From: Callorhinchus milii | Taxonomy: Eukaryota | Length of the DNA: 64,000 nt | Direction of reading: 5' to 3' | Assembly: GCF_018977255.1 (NCBI RefSeq) | Contig: NW_024704742.1 | Location: 63,366,001 to 63,430,000 of the forward strand | Part shown: one piece after another, positions 14,596 through 28,759 of the stretch | Position numbering within the stretch: the stretch's first letter is position 1 | Layout: the number at the start of each line of letters is the position of its first letter | Program-made: the position numbers and the translations under genes | The notes under the pieces: model-generated | Told to the model about the DNA's origin: nothing | Seen by the model: the letters and a program-made list of their open reading frames with translations, nothing else | The model's database searches: none

Positions 14596-16429
14596 CTGCC
14601 ATCTCACTGGACTAAGTACTATTATGAATGAGCTGCCACTAAACAACAACTATCAATTGATCCTGTTCATTGAATTGTTCCTATTCTATTTCTATGGCAC
14701 CGTGATAGGGCATTCTATATCAACATAGTGAGAAAGCTGGATTTAGACATGGTGCATGATCCAGGTCTTAAAATCGTGAAAGGCAGACAAACTTGAGCAC
14801 AACCTCAGAACAGAGCTGAAGGAGAGAAGCTCAGAATTAATAAACCTATGGTAAGATTAAACACCCCAGGTTTAAACGGGATTGAAAAAATAAATACAGA
14901 ACAATACGTTGGGATGCACCAAGACAGTAGAATAATAGGACACAGGTATAGAGTTGCAAAAGGTTAATTTCAGGACGGATACCAGGAAGTGGTTCTTTGG
15001 CAAGAGGATAATCAATGACTGGTTGCCAGGAAGTGTGGTTGAGGCCAGGACACTGGACTCGTTTAAAATAGCAGGTTGATGTTGTAATGGGAAAACAGTA
15101 GGGTGGGTGTTCAGAAAAAATGAGATAAAATGGACTGAAGCACCTTCTTCATCCGTTTCTTTTGGAATAGGTCCATGGAATTTTTAACATTCAACAAATC
15201 ACCCAATCAGGAAAACAAGACCTCATTTTAATGTGGCATCTCTTATAATGCATGCTACCCCAACACTGTATTAGAATGTCAACTTAAATCATGATTTCAA
15301 AGTCCCAACATGAGGCTTGTACTCAGACTCTTCTGTCTCAGAAGCATGAGTGTTACCAAGTGAGCTAGGCTGGCACATTTGACCCTGATACAGAAACAAC
15401 TATAATCTGAGGACAGCTTTTTTATTATTGCCACAAAGTAAATGAAGCATAAAAAAGCACAAATCTCCTTCAATATGTTGCACCTTCACAATCTATTCCT
15501 TTCACATAATGTTAATTGGTTTTGCAAGTTTATCTATTTTACAACCTTGTTATTTTCAACTGACCTATATTGTACAATAGAAGAACAAAGGAGAGCATAA
15601 TTAATACTCATGGAAAATTCGGTTGCTGGGAAGAAGAGGACAGAGCAACAACAATGCAGAAATAAAAATGAACTGATAAGAAATGGCAGTTCTGACGTTG
15701 TTTGAAATTAGCATTTTGTTTGCTGGTGGAGAATGTTAAATGTGAATATCACATGATTACAAAGGAGTAAAAATACAAAACATGCATTTTGTGTTTTTTA
15801 CTGTGAGTTGGAGAGAAGACAAATTTCAAATGCAGAGAGACATAAAGAAAAAAAAAGACTGGAATGCTACAAATGTGAAATAAAACCAGAGAACAATAGT
15901 AAATTGCAGGAGATAAAATCAACATCTGAAAGCAAACATAAGTTAATATTCTGGGAGTGACCCTTCTCCTCCAACAGATTTTAAATTTCAAATTAAAATC
16001 TTTCTACTTGATACTTAATAGTTAATACTAATTAATCCCTGCAGCATTAGCTCCTATTTGTGTGTCTGTAGATCATTGCATTACAGCAATTCTTTACTGT
16101 AACTTTTTAATTATAAACTGTTGATCCAAATAAATGTGCAGGAGCTTGGAGTGAAATTCCAAGAACGAAGTTGTTAAAGAATAAAAAGGAAATGTACTGT
16201 CACAGGCACTAGGATTTCAGGGCAGGAAGCCTTCTTAAGGACATGTCAATAGCCCCATCTCTCTCTTGGTGCTGGATCTGGGCTGAAGAGGGAGGAGGCC
16301 CTGAGCTGGGAGCATGATGTCCAAGTTGGTTAGAGCAGGGAGGGGATTGTGAGCACGTGGGTTTGTAAGGAGTGCATATTCCAACCGAGACCCTAGGTGC
16401 CTGCACCTCTCTCTGGGTGGTGTGTTGCT

Positions 16430-17330
16430 GTTCTCGTTTCTCATTGCTGTTGCCTCGCTGGTCTCCCCAGCTCTACCACACACAAAATTCAATTAATTCT
16501 GAACTCCGCCGCCTGGATACTAACACACACAAAACTCCATACTCCCATCACACCAGTCTTTGCCAAGCCCACTGGATCCCAATTATCAAATGGATCAACT
16601 TCAAGATCCTCTCACTCAACTTCAAATCCTTTCAGTCACCCCCCCCACCCCACACCTCCCTACCTATCTAATTTGCTTACCACCCACACTCGACCACCCG
16701 CTACCTCCGCTCGGCTCACTCCGGCCTCCTGTTCATCTCTCGCCCCCCTCCGCTGCACATTGGCAGCCGTGACTTCAGCCACTATTCACAAATGTGGAGT
16801 CCCATAGCTCAGGATTAGAGCACTTGCCTCGCAAGCGAGAGACCTGGGTTTGATTCCTGGCAGGGCGAAATTTTTGGCAAGTTTCCTTACTCCACATGCC
16901 TGATCTTAATCCCTCAAGAAAAAATAAATAATAAATAATAATAATTTGGTCACTCGATCCACAACTGTTTCTGGGACATTGCTATGTTCAATTGGCTGCC
17001 GAGTTTCGCCCACAAGTATACAGTTACTACACTTTACAGTATATTCTGTGAAGCACTTTGAGACTTCTAGAAGATGTGAAAAGCACTAAATCAAATGCAA
17101 GGATTATTATAATTATTATTCCCCGAAGTATTGGAACTCTCTTCCTCAATCCCTCCACCTTCACTCCTCCCCAATTTCAAATCCCACCTAAAGATTTTCC
17201 TTTTTGAACGTCTTATGGTCAATTCCCCACTCCCTCTCCCCCTGGTTTGGGATCAGACTCCGCTACTGTCAAGCGCTCCAGGACGCTACCCCGCGTGAAG
17301 GGCACTATATCAATGCAAGTTGTTGTTGCG
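16430..17330 (+). mobile_element. L2 3' fragment interrupted by a SINE
   Basis: HKIQLILNSAA and ITPV motifs, tail ttgttgttg. Confidence 0.8.
16796..17120 (+). mobile_element. tRNA-derived SINE inside an L2
   Basis: Same family head and tail. Confidence 0.88.
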
Positions 17331-17939
17331 GTTGGGTTTTTCCCTACCTGAAAATATACCTGAGTTGTAATGAGAGTCTCTGTGTGTGTGTGTCCATATC
17401 TGCCATATCTGCTTGGCTTGAGGAAGGGGTGGGAGGCGCCCCACACTACTTTTTTGTGTGTATTGTCTCAGTAACACAAAAAATTTATTGGACATTTTTC
17501 TATATTCCTGTGGAGTCCTGTAGCTTAGTAATTAGAGCGCTCACCTTGCAAGCAAGATGACCTGGTTCATTCCCAGCCAGAGTGACAACGTTGGCCAAAT
17601 TTCCTTACTCCACACGTTTCTGTTTATCTAGTAGTAGAGACTCGGTTGTTAGTCAATTGTAGCGTTGGGATTTCCAATCCCGAGGTCGAATAATGACCCG
17701 ACAATCCAATAAAGGTCTAATAGAGAAGTATTGATCAGGATAATACATACAAAACAGATAGTAACAAACGTATAATACTGGTTTTGGAGCAGTCAACGTT
17801 ATCGGCCCCTGCACGTCTTCAATTGGCTGGATCTGCTGACCAACTTGCTTAATACCAGGGTAGTTATACCTTTCAACCTAAAGGTTCTTCTCCTTTGTTC
17901 CTCCAATAAGGAATTTGCCACGTACGTCAATGTACTCAA

Positions 17940-18975
17940 CCGAAGGCACGGTCAAAGAGGAAGGTCTTTAGACAGGACTTGAAGGATGCAAGAGAGGGAG
18001 TGAGGCAGAGGGATTTGGGGATAGAATTCCAGAATGTGGGGGCAGAGATGCTGAATGCCTGACCGCCAATGGTGGGGTGGGAAGTGCAGGGGACCTGAAG
18101 CAGGCTGGTGTCCACCGAGCGGAGGAAGCAGACAGGCAGATATGGGGTTATGAGGTCAGAGAGGTAAGGGGAAAAAAGACCACGGAGGGCCTTGATGTAG
18201 GAACAAGGGTTTTGTACTCAACTCTCTGAGCAATGGGGAGTCAGTGGAGCCGGGCAAGAACAGGTTTAATAGGTTCCCAGAGCCTGATGCGGGAGAGGAC
18301 ACACGCTGCAAAGTTCTGGATAATCTGCAGCTTGTGGAGAGAAGAGTTGGGAAGTCCAGTGAGCAGGCCGTTGGCGTAGTCAAGCTGAAATGTAATGAAA
18401 GCGTGGATCAAGCAGGGTCTCGGCGGCCTGCGGTGTGAGGCAGTGGCAGAGACAGGCAACATTGTGGAGGTGTGGAAAGGTGTAACCGGTCACAGCACGA
18501 ACGTGGGGTTTGAAGGATAGCTGAGGGTCACAAAGGACACAGAGGTTTCGGTGCGGTGCAGCCGGTTGTAGTGTCAGATGGTTATAGTGTCAGAGGATGA
18601 GGTGGAGTAACTTGGAGTAACTTGGCTCTTGTCCAGGACCTGATGTCAGACAAACAATTAGCCATCAACGGTCCTGGAGTTGAGGGTGGAGGAGGCGAGA
18701 TAGAGATGGGTGTCATCTGTATACATGTTGAAATTGACCCCATGCCTGTGGGACATCGCTAAGCAGGAGCATGTATAGATTGAAGAGGAGGTGACTGAGG
18801 ACAGAGCCCTAAGGGACGCCACATGTGACAGTGCGGGGCTAGAGAAGAAACCATTGGTGGCCATGAAGTGCAGATGGTGGGAAAGGTAGGATTATAACCA
18901 GGCAAGAACAGAACCATTGAGGTGGAGGTGAGAAGAGAGGCGGTGGAGAAGAAGAATAGAGTGGTCTATTCAAGG
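17940..18975 (-). mobile_element. L2 RT-to-3' fragment
   Basis: HGVNFNMYTDDT and LHKLQIIQN motifs on the minus strand. Confidence 0.85.
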
Positions 18976-19049
18976 ATGGCAGTGGGTGTAATAGGCAGTA
19001 TTGGAATACAAGAAAATGTATTTTGTTGGCTCACCATGAAGGTTAACGT

Positions 19050-20590
19050 GACCTCTCTGCCGCCTTCAACACTGTTGACGACTCCATCCTCATACTCCGC
19101 CTCTCCTCTTTACATAACCTTGACAGACCTGCCCTTTCCAGGATCGCATCCTATCTCTCCCACCATCTCCACTTTGTTGCCACTAACGGTTTCTCCTCCA
19201 GCCCCCGCACTGTCACGTCTGGCGTCACCCAGGGCTCTGTCCTTGGCCCTCTCCTTTTTAATATCTACATGCTCCCCCGTGGTGACATCATGGAGTCCTG
19301 TAGCTCAGTGGTTAGAGCACTCGCTTTACAAGCGAGAGACCTGAGTTCAATTCCAGGCAGGGCGAAACCTTGGGCAAGTTTCCTTACTCCACACAGAGCC
19401 TAATAATAATCCCTCCAAAACCAAAAACAATAATAAATTGGTCATTTTCAATCTACGACTGTTTGTGGGACATTGCTGTGCGCAATTGGCTGCCGCGTTC
19501 GCCCACAAATATACAGTCAATTCACTTTACAGTGTGTTCTGTGAAGCGCTTTGGGACGTCCTCCCGACGTGAAAAGCGCTATATCAAATGCAAGGATTAT
19601 TATTATTATCATCCGCAGACATGGGGTCAACTTCCACATGTATGCGGATGACACCCAACTCTACCTTTCTGCCTCCACCCTCAACTCCAGGACCACTGCT
19701 GTCCTGACAGACTGCCTGTCGGACATCAAGTCCTGGATGAGGGCAAATTTCCTACAGTTAAATGTGAACAAAACTGAGGCCCTCCTGATTGACTCGCGCC
19801 AGCGCCTCAGCACCTCAGGCTCTGGCAGCATCAATCTCCATGGTTGCACACTACAACTCACTGCCAGTCAGGAACCCAGATGTCTTGTTCGACCCTCAAC
19901 TGTCTTTTCTTCCCCATATCCAAGCCATGACCCGCTCTGCCTTCCCTCACCTCCGTAACATCGCCAACTCCGCCACTACCTCACCCCTCAGGCCGCTGAA
20001 ACTCTTGTTCATGCGTTCATCACCTCCAGGCTCGACTATGCAAATGCCCTGCTTGTCGGCCTTCCCAACTCCTCCTCCACAGGCTGCAGATAATCCCGAA
20101 CTCTGCAGCCCGTGTCCTCTCCCGACCCCATCTCCCCCATTCTCACTAGTCTCTATTAGCTCCCTATCCTTCAGAGGATCCAGTTCAAGATCCTGGTCCT
20201 AACCTACAAAGACCTCCATGGCCTCACCCCACCCTACCTCTGCAACCTCCTAACCATCTTCCAACCCTCCCGCTCCCTCCGTTCAGCCAGTTCTGGCCTG
20301 CTCCACGTCCCCTGACCCACCCACCCCACCATTGGTCTTCAGCCACTCTGCCCCCAACCTCTGGAATTCCATCCCCCAGTCACTCTGCCTCGCCCCCTCC
20401 TTAGCCTTCTTCAAGTTCCACCTCAAGACCCTCCTCTTCGACCATGCCATCGGTCTCCACCCTTCCCCTCCCCTCCCTTCTCCCTCCCTGACCCCAGCTC
20501 GGGTCTGAACTGCTGTACACTGTCCAGCGCCTTGGGACATCCTCCCAACTTGAAAGGCACAATACAAATGTAATCTTGTTGTTGTTGTTG
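19050..20590 (+). mobile_element. L2 RT-to-3' fragment with a nested SINE
   Basis: GVNFHMYADDTQLYLS and NFLQLNVNKTEALL motifs, (GTT)n tail. Confidence 0.93.
19292..19607 (+). mobile_element. tRNA-derived SINE with TSD ATCAT inside an L2 RT
   Basis: ATCAT at 19287-19291 and 19608-19612; the flanks rejoin as L2 GDIIRRHG. Confidence 0.95.
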
Positions 20591-20819
20591 TAGGAAGACC
20601 TTTACAGGACAGCTTGTGATGTGCTCGCCACCAATATATTACAATATATTCTGTGAAATGCTGTGAGACGTGTCAACGAAGTAATAAGACACTATATCAA
20701 ATGCAAGGATTATGATTATATCATGTATCACCAATTGGCTTGCACCCATGTCAATTTCTGCCCCAAACGGAAAATGTACAGACATTCAGATGGGGGTAAT
20801 CACAGTTTTTATAGCATAG

Positions 20820-21901
20820 TGTCACAGGGACTCCTTTGTTTTCTCTATCTGTTATTTAAAATATGTCCTGTAAAATGTATGTGTTCACTAAAAGTATCAA
20901 CCAGTGTAAGTGTGGTTACTAATTACCAGTTGCGCTCGGGGGAACTCAGAAAGTGACAAAGTTCGGTAGAACTGGAACATGCACATTATAAATATATTGA
21001 ATTAGCCCTTTATGTATTTAACGTTGTTTTTATATATATGTTGCCATCAAGTCTCCAAAGGCGTCGGTTGCAACAGTTTGGGAGGTAACTTATCATTTTA
21101 ATATGCAAATGAAGGATTGGAAGTGTATCTGTCCCCTATTTGGGCAACTGAGGGGAGGATCTGATTGGACCATTAAAAAAAGGCACCAAATACATCAACT
21201 AATTGTCATTGAGTAACTTGATTCAGGGAGGGGCGTAATGCCCACAAAAGAATGAGCACCATATGCTCATGGTCGCTATTTTTCTACCTGATAACAGGGT
21301 ACCTGCTCTGACTATTGATGAGTAATAGTCAGAGGATGGTTCTTTCTGCACTTTACATTAACTTCATTACAAGTGGCTGCTAGTGTGTGTAGTTTAAGTG
21401 CGATTAATGTTTGTTATTTCATAGTTGTGTTTGTTGATGTTTATCATGTTGTTTAAGATTTAATGACGAGGGTTGTGGATTTCATCGAAGCTACAATAAA
21501 ATTCTGTTGTGCTAACTTAATCCTGCTGACTCGAACTTTCTGTATAAGTCGAAGAAGGAGGGGTATACACAAATAGGTCACCGAGGTATTTGAAAATAAA
21601 CCTTTGATTGACTGAAGCTTTCCAATTTGCTTTAATTTAAACAGCAATTGGTAGTATCTGTCATTGTAGAAGAACTCATTAGCCAAGTTACACCTAATTA
21701 TAGGCACTTGCATTCATCAGTGAGGATTGAACACAGACGCCACCCAGTGCACTCTGCGAAGGAGAGCAAGCCATATCGTGGGTGTACATATAGGGGTTTA
21801 GGAACCATCTCAATAGATAGGTACACGGCCGTTGCCACCCACCATTCAGCGCAATTACCGTTTTCAGAAACTGTTATGTAATGTCTGAGCACTTGGTCAC
21901 A
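20820..21901 (+). mobile_element. Putative solo LTR; 5' end at 20820 or 21039
   Basis: TG...CA ends (TGTCAC or TGTTGCCA / GGTCACA), octamer ATGCAAAT at ~21103, CCAAT box, AATAAA at ~21495 and ~21595. No TSD found. Confidence 0.4.
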
Positions 21902-23414
21902 AAGCACATAAAGTGTTACTAGAGAGAAAATGCAACATAATTAATTAATATTGAAAGGTAATACTGGACAACAAGGCAATAACTAAAGTTGCTTTCTAGT
22001 ACAGCACCAAAAAAAACTTGCTTACATTTCTTTGTCATAAATAATCATGCCAACTTTTGTCATTAAAGTAATTGTAACATCCTAACATTCCCAAAAGAGT
22101 GACTAGAGAAAAAAAGGTCACATAGGAGGAAAGTTAGTGCTCCCATAATTACAATTGATATATGACATTGTCCGCAAGTTTAGAAATCCAATGTCTTGGG
22201 TAAGGTACAAATTGCAGAAATAGAAGGAGAATTGTCTATTCCAGCAATTTAATCTGTGTGCCGTGTTGCATGAAAGTGTCCTGCAAAGTTCCTTGTTAAC
22301 CAACAGGGAATCACTAGAAGTACTTTATCTTCATGTATGAGTGACTGATTGTCTTCTGAAATCATCAGCCGAAAATAAAATAAAACCTCCTCCCCAACAC
22401 TACCCACACTGCCATCCTTGTCTATCAGCGACAGTCAGAGGAGAGGATGGCGATGGAGGTGAGTGAGAGTGATGGTAGAGGAGCTGGTGGTGAGCCGCGC
22501 AAGTTATTTTCTTGTGCTAAACCAATGAATGCACGTGTATTTTTTGTTTTACAAAAAAAATTGTGCAGCCTTTTTTAAACTCTTGTCCCTTTAAAAACAT
22601 TTTGCCCACAAAACCATTTTTTTCCACTTACAGTAAAACCCTGTGAAGCACTTCGAGACACTATCTCCTCTCTCTTCTCTTTCATTTGATCACTTAGTCA
22701 ACTACCGTTCATGGGATATTTCTGTCTGCAATTGGCTGCTGTGTTTTATCTACAAAGTACACAGTCACTACACTTTACAATATATTCTGTGAAGCACGTT
22801 GAGACATCTCAATAACATGATAAGGCATTGTATCAAATGCAAGGATTATTATTCTCACAGAGAGTTTTTTTTTCCTTTCTTCCTGTAAAAATGTGCTATG
22901 TACTCCAGCATAGTGTTAACTAGGCTATTAAAAGGCACATTTCCTTCAAGTTGCTGCCAAGAATGCCCATCTTGACTGACAATGTTGAAGGAGGGCACCG
23001 GCCCCAGCTCGTTCACAAATGTTCAGCAGCTTGTTGCATTAGGCAATGGTGTAGGGGTTTAGAGGAGAACTAAGCTTTTCCAAACAACATTATTTTCTAG
23101 TGCTTTAAACAAAGACAAGAAGTCTATTTCTAAAGCCTGAAACTGACATTTATATGTGCCTTGTGAATGATTGTTTGCATGAAGTGTAACAACGATAAAG
23201 GAATGTTTACCATAACATAGATCAAAGGGATGGAATTCGCTGAGTAAAATTACACTGGGCCATAAATAACCAAAGGAAGTGCTGTATTATTAGATGTTAA
23301 ATTATTAGCCAATATTATGCCCCCCAGAGATGTTAAACTGAGATCGCATCTGTCGATGCGGAGGGGGGACAGTGCAGGGAGGAGGGGGGAGCGAGGACAA
23401 ACAAGGCGGGGAGG

Positions 23415-24330
23415 AGTAACCTGGGTATCTTGTTTGACCCTGAACTGTCCTTTCTCCCCCACATCCGCGCCATGACCGGCACTGCCTACCACCACCTCCG
23501 CAATATTGCCAGACTCCGCCACTGCCTCACCCCTCAGGCTGCCGAAACCCTCACCTACGCGTTCATCACCTCAAGGCTCGATTACGGGAACTCCCTCCTC
23601 ATCAGCCTTCCCAACTCTTTCCTTCACAACCTGCAGATCATCCAAAACCCTGCAGCTTGTGTACTCTCACTCACCAGACTCCGTGACCCCATCACTCCCA
23701 CCCTCGCCCGACTCCACTGTCTCCCCATCCCCCAGAGTATCAAGTTCAAGATCCTCGTCCTCACCTTTATAATAATAATCTTTGCATTTGATATAGCGCT
23801 TTTCAAGTCGGGAGGATGTCCCAAAGCGCTTCACAGAACACACTGTAAAGTGAAATTGACTGTATATTTGTGGGCGAACGCGGCAGCCAATTGCTCACAG
23901 CAATGTCCCACAAACAGTCATAGATTGAAAATGACCAATTTATTAATGTTTTTGGCTTTGGAGGGATTATTATTAGGCGTGCGGAGTAAGGAAACTTGCC
24001 CAAGGTTTTGCCCTGCCTGGAATTGAACTCAGGTCTCTCGCTTGCAAAGTGAGTGCTCTAACCTACTGAGGACACCACAAGGCCATCCATGGCCTTGCCC
24101 CCTCCTACCTCTCTGACCTACTGACTCCCTACCAAGCTGCCCGCTCCCTCCATTCAGTGGGCTCCGGCTTGCTCCATATCTCCCGCCTGACCCGCCCTAC
24201 CATCGGTGCCCGGGCTTTCAGTCTCTCTGCCCCTACACTGGAACTCCATCCCACAGACCCTTTGCCTCACTTCATCCCTTGCCTCCTTCAAGGCCGGTCT
24301 CAAGACCCTTCTTTTCGATCATGCCTTTGA
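23415..24330 (+). mobile_element. L2 3' fragment with a nested antisense SINE
   Basis: FDPELSFLPHI, SRLDYGNSLL and IKFKILVLT motifs. Confidence 0.9.
23769..24075 (-). mobile_element. tRNA-derived SINE
   Basis: Reverse complement of the family sequence. Confidence 0.92.
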
Positions 24331-24379
24331 TACACATATATCACAGTATCTGAGAACTGAAAAGACCTGTTTATGGAAA

Positions 24380-24810
24380 CTGGATGGCCGAAGGCACAGC
24401 CGAAAAGGAAAGTCTTTAGACGGGACATGAAGGAAGCAAGAGGAGGTGAGGCAGAGGGATTGCGGGATAGAGTTCCAGATGGTGAGGGCAGATATGCTGA
24501 ATGCTCGACCACCAATGGTGGGGTGGGAGGTACGGGAGACCTGGATCAGGCCGGTGTCCACCAAGCGGAGGGAGTAGACAGGCTGATATAGGGTTAGGAG
24601 GCCGCAGAGGTAGGGAAGAGCAAGACCTTGGGGGGCTTTGAATGCGAAAATGAGGATTTTGAGTTTGATTTTCTAAGGGATGGGGAACCAATGAAGCTGG
24701 GAAAGAGCCTGGTGCGGGAGAGGGAAGAGAGCTTGTGGAGTGAAGTGCTGGAGAGCTTGTGGAGGGAAGTTGAGGGAGCAGGAAGTTGGTATAGTCAAGT
24801 CAGGACATGC
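24380..24810 (-). mobile_element. L2 3' fragment
   Basis: PTIGGRAFS and LKTFLF motifs on the minus strand. Confidence 0.8.
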
Positions 24811-25189
24811 AGTGGTTGTGTGTTTTGTGGATGAACGCAGTAGCCAATTTGTGCCCAGCAATGTCCCACAAACAGTCATTAAGTGAATGAAATTATTTGG
24901 TGGATTGTTGACCAATCCACTGGGCAATGGGAGAAATTCTCTTTTCTTTTCAAATAGTGTCATGGGATCTTTAACATTCACAGGCAAATGGGGCCTCAAT
25001 TGAGTGTCTTGTCAGAAAACTGGCACTTCAAATAATGCAGTACACCCCAGCACTTCATTGGTGTCTTGGCCAAGACTATGAGTTCAAAATTCTGAAGTAG
25101 GGCTTGAACTCATGACCTTTTGACCCAGAGGTGATAGTGTTATCAACTGAGTCAGGCTGACACACAAATAGTGAGAACAGTGCAAAGCC

Positions 25190-26630
25190 ATCCAGCTCCA
25201 CTTCCCTTCTAAGACCTGACATCAACTTGCCGATCCACAACTCATGTGGCTATTCCCCCGACCTCGTCATCGCACTTGGCCTTGATATTTCCAACCTGTC
25301 CATTACAGACAAGGCCATCTCAGACCACATCCTCATTTCACTCTCCTCCCGCATCCCCCTCCCCTCTTCCAAGCCCTCCACCATTTTTTTCCACCTCTGG
25401 TCACTCAAATTCCACTCCTTTCCCCCTTGCTGGTCAACCAGTCTTTCTTCTCAGGCTTTGTTCCACTCCCCCTGAAAACAGTTGTTATCACACCACTCCT
25501 CAAAAAACCCACCCTCGATCCTCTACTACGTTTGATAGTTGACCATGCCATCCTCCTCCACCGCCTCTCCTCCCTCATCCACCTTAGCGGGACCGCACTC
25601 GTATGGTTCGAGTCCTACTTAACCAATCGCCTCCATTTCATCTCAGCAAATTGTTTCTCCTCCCGCTCCCACCTGGTCACCTGCAGGGTATCCCATGGCT
25701 CCATCCTTGGCCCTCTTCTTTTCCTTATCTATATGCTTCCTCTGGGCGATGTCATCCGCAGACACAGGGTAAACTTCCACATGTATGCAGATGATACGCA
25801 AATCTACTTTGCCTCCTCCAGCATCGACTCCAGGTCCGCCAATGTTCTATCAGCTTGTCTGGCAGACATCAGGAGCTGGATGAGTGTAAACTTCCTGCAG
25901 CTGAATGTAGACAAGAGGGAAGCCATACTCCTTGGCTCCCATCAATGCCTTCACTCCTGTGGATCTAAACTCCTCAACCTCTCTGGGCTCTCCCTCACAT
26001 TCACTGAATCAGTGTGCAATCTAGGTATCTGGGTTCGACCCCCAGCTGCCCTTCCTCCCCCACATCTGGTCCCTGACCTGGACCGCCTTCTTCCACCTCT
26101 GCCACATTATTCGCCTCCGACTGTACCTTACTCCAAATGCAGCCGAAACCCTCGTGTGTGTTTGTCAGCTCCCGCTTGGATTATTCAAACGCACTCCTCA
26201 CTGGTCTCCCCAACGCCACCATTTTCCCACTTTCTTCCACCTCCGATGCATCGCCCGTCTCCGCCAATACCTCACTCCAAAAGTCACTGAAATGCTGGTC
26301 CATTTCTTTGTCACCTCTCGGCTGGAATAGTCAAATGCCCTCCTCGCTGGCCTCCCCTCCACTACCATTCATAAAATCCAAGTCATCCAAAACTCTGCTA
26401 CCCGCTTTCTTACCCGTACCAAACTCTGCTCCCCGATAACCCCAGTCCTTGCCAGACTGCACTGGCTGCCTGTCCCAGAGAAGATCAACTTCAAGATCCG
26501 CACTCTTGTCTTCAAATCCCTTCAGTCCTCTGCAACCCCCTGTCTCTCTGACCTCTCTCCTTACATCAGGGCCTGTTGCCTTTGCTCCACAGGCTCTGGC
26601 CTCCTTCTCGTCCCCCGAAACCTCCACTCT
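25190..26630 (+). mobile_element. Compound L2 (EN remnant, RT, and a second 3' fragment)
   Basis: ITPLLKKPTLDP, GSILGPLLFLIYMLPLG and MYADDTQ motifs; the SRLDY region occurs twice. Confidence 0.9.
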
Positions 26631-28759
26631 ATTATAATTCTGCATCACTAATAGAGAAATCCCATTAGAGACACTGACTTTATCAAGGTCACTGCATTTG
26701 ACGCCAACTATTTCTGCCGCAAAGAACCACATGGATCATATTATGTTCCTCTTGACTCAGAAGGAAAATCAGAAGCAAAACCGTCAGTAAATGAAATCTT
26801 GTGAAAACAAGAAAAATCCATTGAAATATTTGATAAATGGCAGGAGCTTTGTGTGTGTCTATTTTAAGAAACAGTCAGATCCTCAAGGGATTAGCACTTC
26901 AACTGCATTGTTGGTTTTTCTGACAATTATTGATGGGAAGGAACAGCCTCTATTGATTTCTACTTTTACAAATATTTTAGCAAAATGTCCTGTCCCTCAG
27001 GGGCTAGAGTGCAGTATTTCTTCCTTTGGACAATTGTTTGGATGCTAGAATGACAGATCAACCATCCAGATATGCATTGGTTAGATAATTTACTTACATG
27101 CCCGCAACAGTGTTGCAGAGATGCCCAAAAAACAGTTTGAGGAAGAATGTCAAAATTTGAGCAAGCTCATTGTCTACAACAGTAGTGGCCGTCAAGGAGT
27201 ACCCCCACCCCCTGAACAGTCACACATGTCTAGGTAAGTCCATGTTCAATCAGTAATGTGTTTTCAGTTCTTTTCTTGATTGAATATTTCTTGATTTATG
27301 GCATAAATCAAGAAATATTCAATCAAGAACATTTATTTTGTTGGTCGAATGTCAAGATTGATCTACAGCTTAATCACAGAATGATTCAATTACACATTGT
27401 TTCGTCCCTCTTGTCTTCGATTTTCAAGCTAATTTTTTTCTCATCTTCATTGTCCAAGAAAAATGCATGAGAAAGAAAATTGCGATTTGTGATATGTTGG
27501 TTATCGCATTGCTGAAAATTGCTTCCTGACAATAACTAAAAACATATGGTCCATGGGTATGACCCATCCCTTGTCCTCACCACCTGAACTGTGTCACACT
27601 GCTGGGGTCCAATACCCCACTTGAGGTGTACATTTGACTTGCCAAAGTCAAGAGTGGGACTAATTGAGCAGCACATCTACTCTCACTGAGGCAGCCGATC
27701 AGAACCAATTTAACATTATTCCAACAAGTATTAATATAATAAAATAATTAATCCCTTGTGGATTGGATTGACTGAAGGCTTGTTTAAAGGGTGCCATTAT
27801 TGTTTACGAGTTTAAAGTTACATTTTAAATAAGTGAGGATTTTAATCATTTAGTTGATTTTATGCATGTACTTTTGAATTATAAGTCACTCAGCTGTAGC
27901 CTATATCACATTGTTTAAGAGTATTTTTCCTTAAAAAAATTATTTCAAAAATTTAAGCAAGAATGTTCTTACAGGCTACAACTGAGAATTGTGCTAATTT
28001 TTTTTAATTCAGTCTTAATTTGAAAGCCGGGTCATTTTCAGATCTGTAGAAAAATCATTTGAAAATTAGGATTGAATCAAAGAGTTTTTCTCAATTCTGC
28101 ACAATATTAAATTTTAAGACAAAAATCATTTAAGCTAAGACCAGGTGAACTTTTTTGTTTCTTGAGCTTCTATCAGCAGAAAATCTAATTTCTTCAAGTA
28201 TAATCTTTGCCCATTCTTTCCCCTGCCCTCCTCCGAACCCTGCTACCACAGCAATTTCCTCCCTATTTTATTTAAATTTTCCAATAATTGTAGTGCATTT
28301 GTTTTTGCTTTCAGACTCCAGCACAGCAGATCAACCTGGAAATGTTATTATAATGACTGCAGCAAGCTGCAAAGGGAAGCATTATCCTTGGGTTTGTTAG
28401 TCTATTGTTTATGGGCTGAGCAATTTTGGTTATTTGCCACAAAGTGACCAGACTTCTGTAGCGAATGCTGCAAAATAAACACTGCAGCATGTTTAAATTC
28501 ATGAGTGAAGTTAGTTTCAATGAAATTGTGGTCATGAATTTATATGGATCCAAGGTATAAATAATCCTTGCATTTCAATAAACATCTCAAAGCACTTCAC
28601 AGGATTTGGGAAGTTCGTAATTGAATTTGGGGGTGAACGCAACAGCCAATTTGCGCATAGCAATCCCCACAAACAGCCATGAACTTTCAATTTTAAGCAC
28701 CCCACATGAAGGGTTCTATATAAATGCAAGTTGTTGTTGATAGGTGCAGTATATATACA

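Noticed and set aside
21306..21334. Hammerhead ribozyme around tgatgag
   Set aside because: Lacks the CUGA and GAAA core arrangement; it is a simple hairpin.
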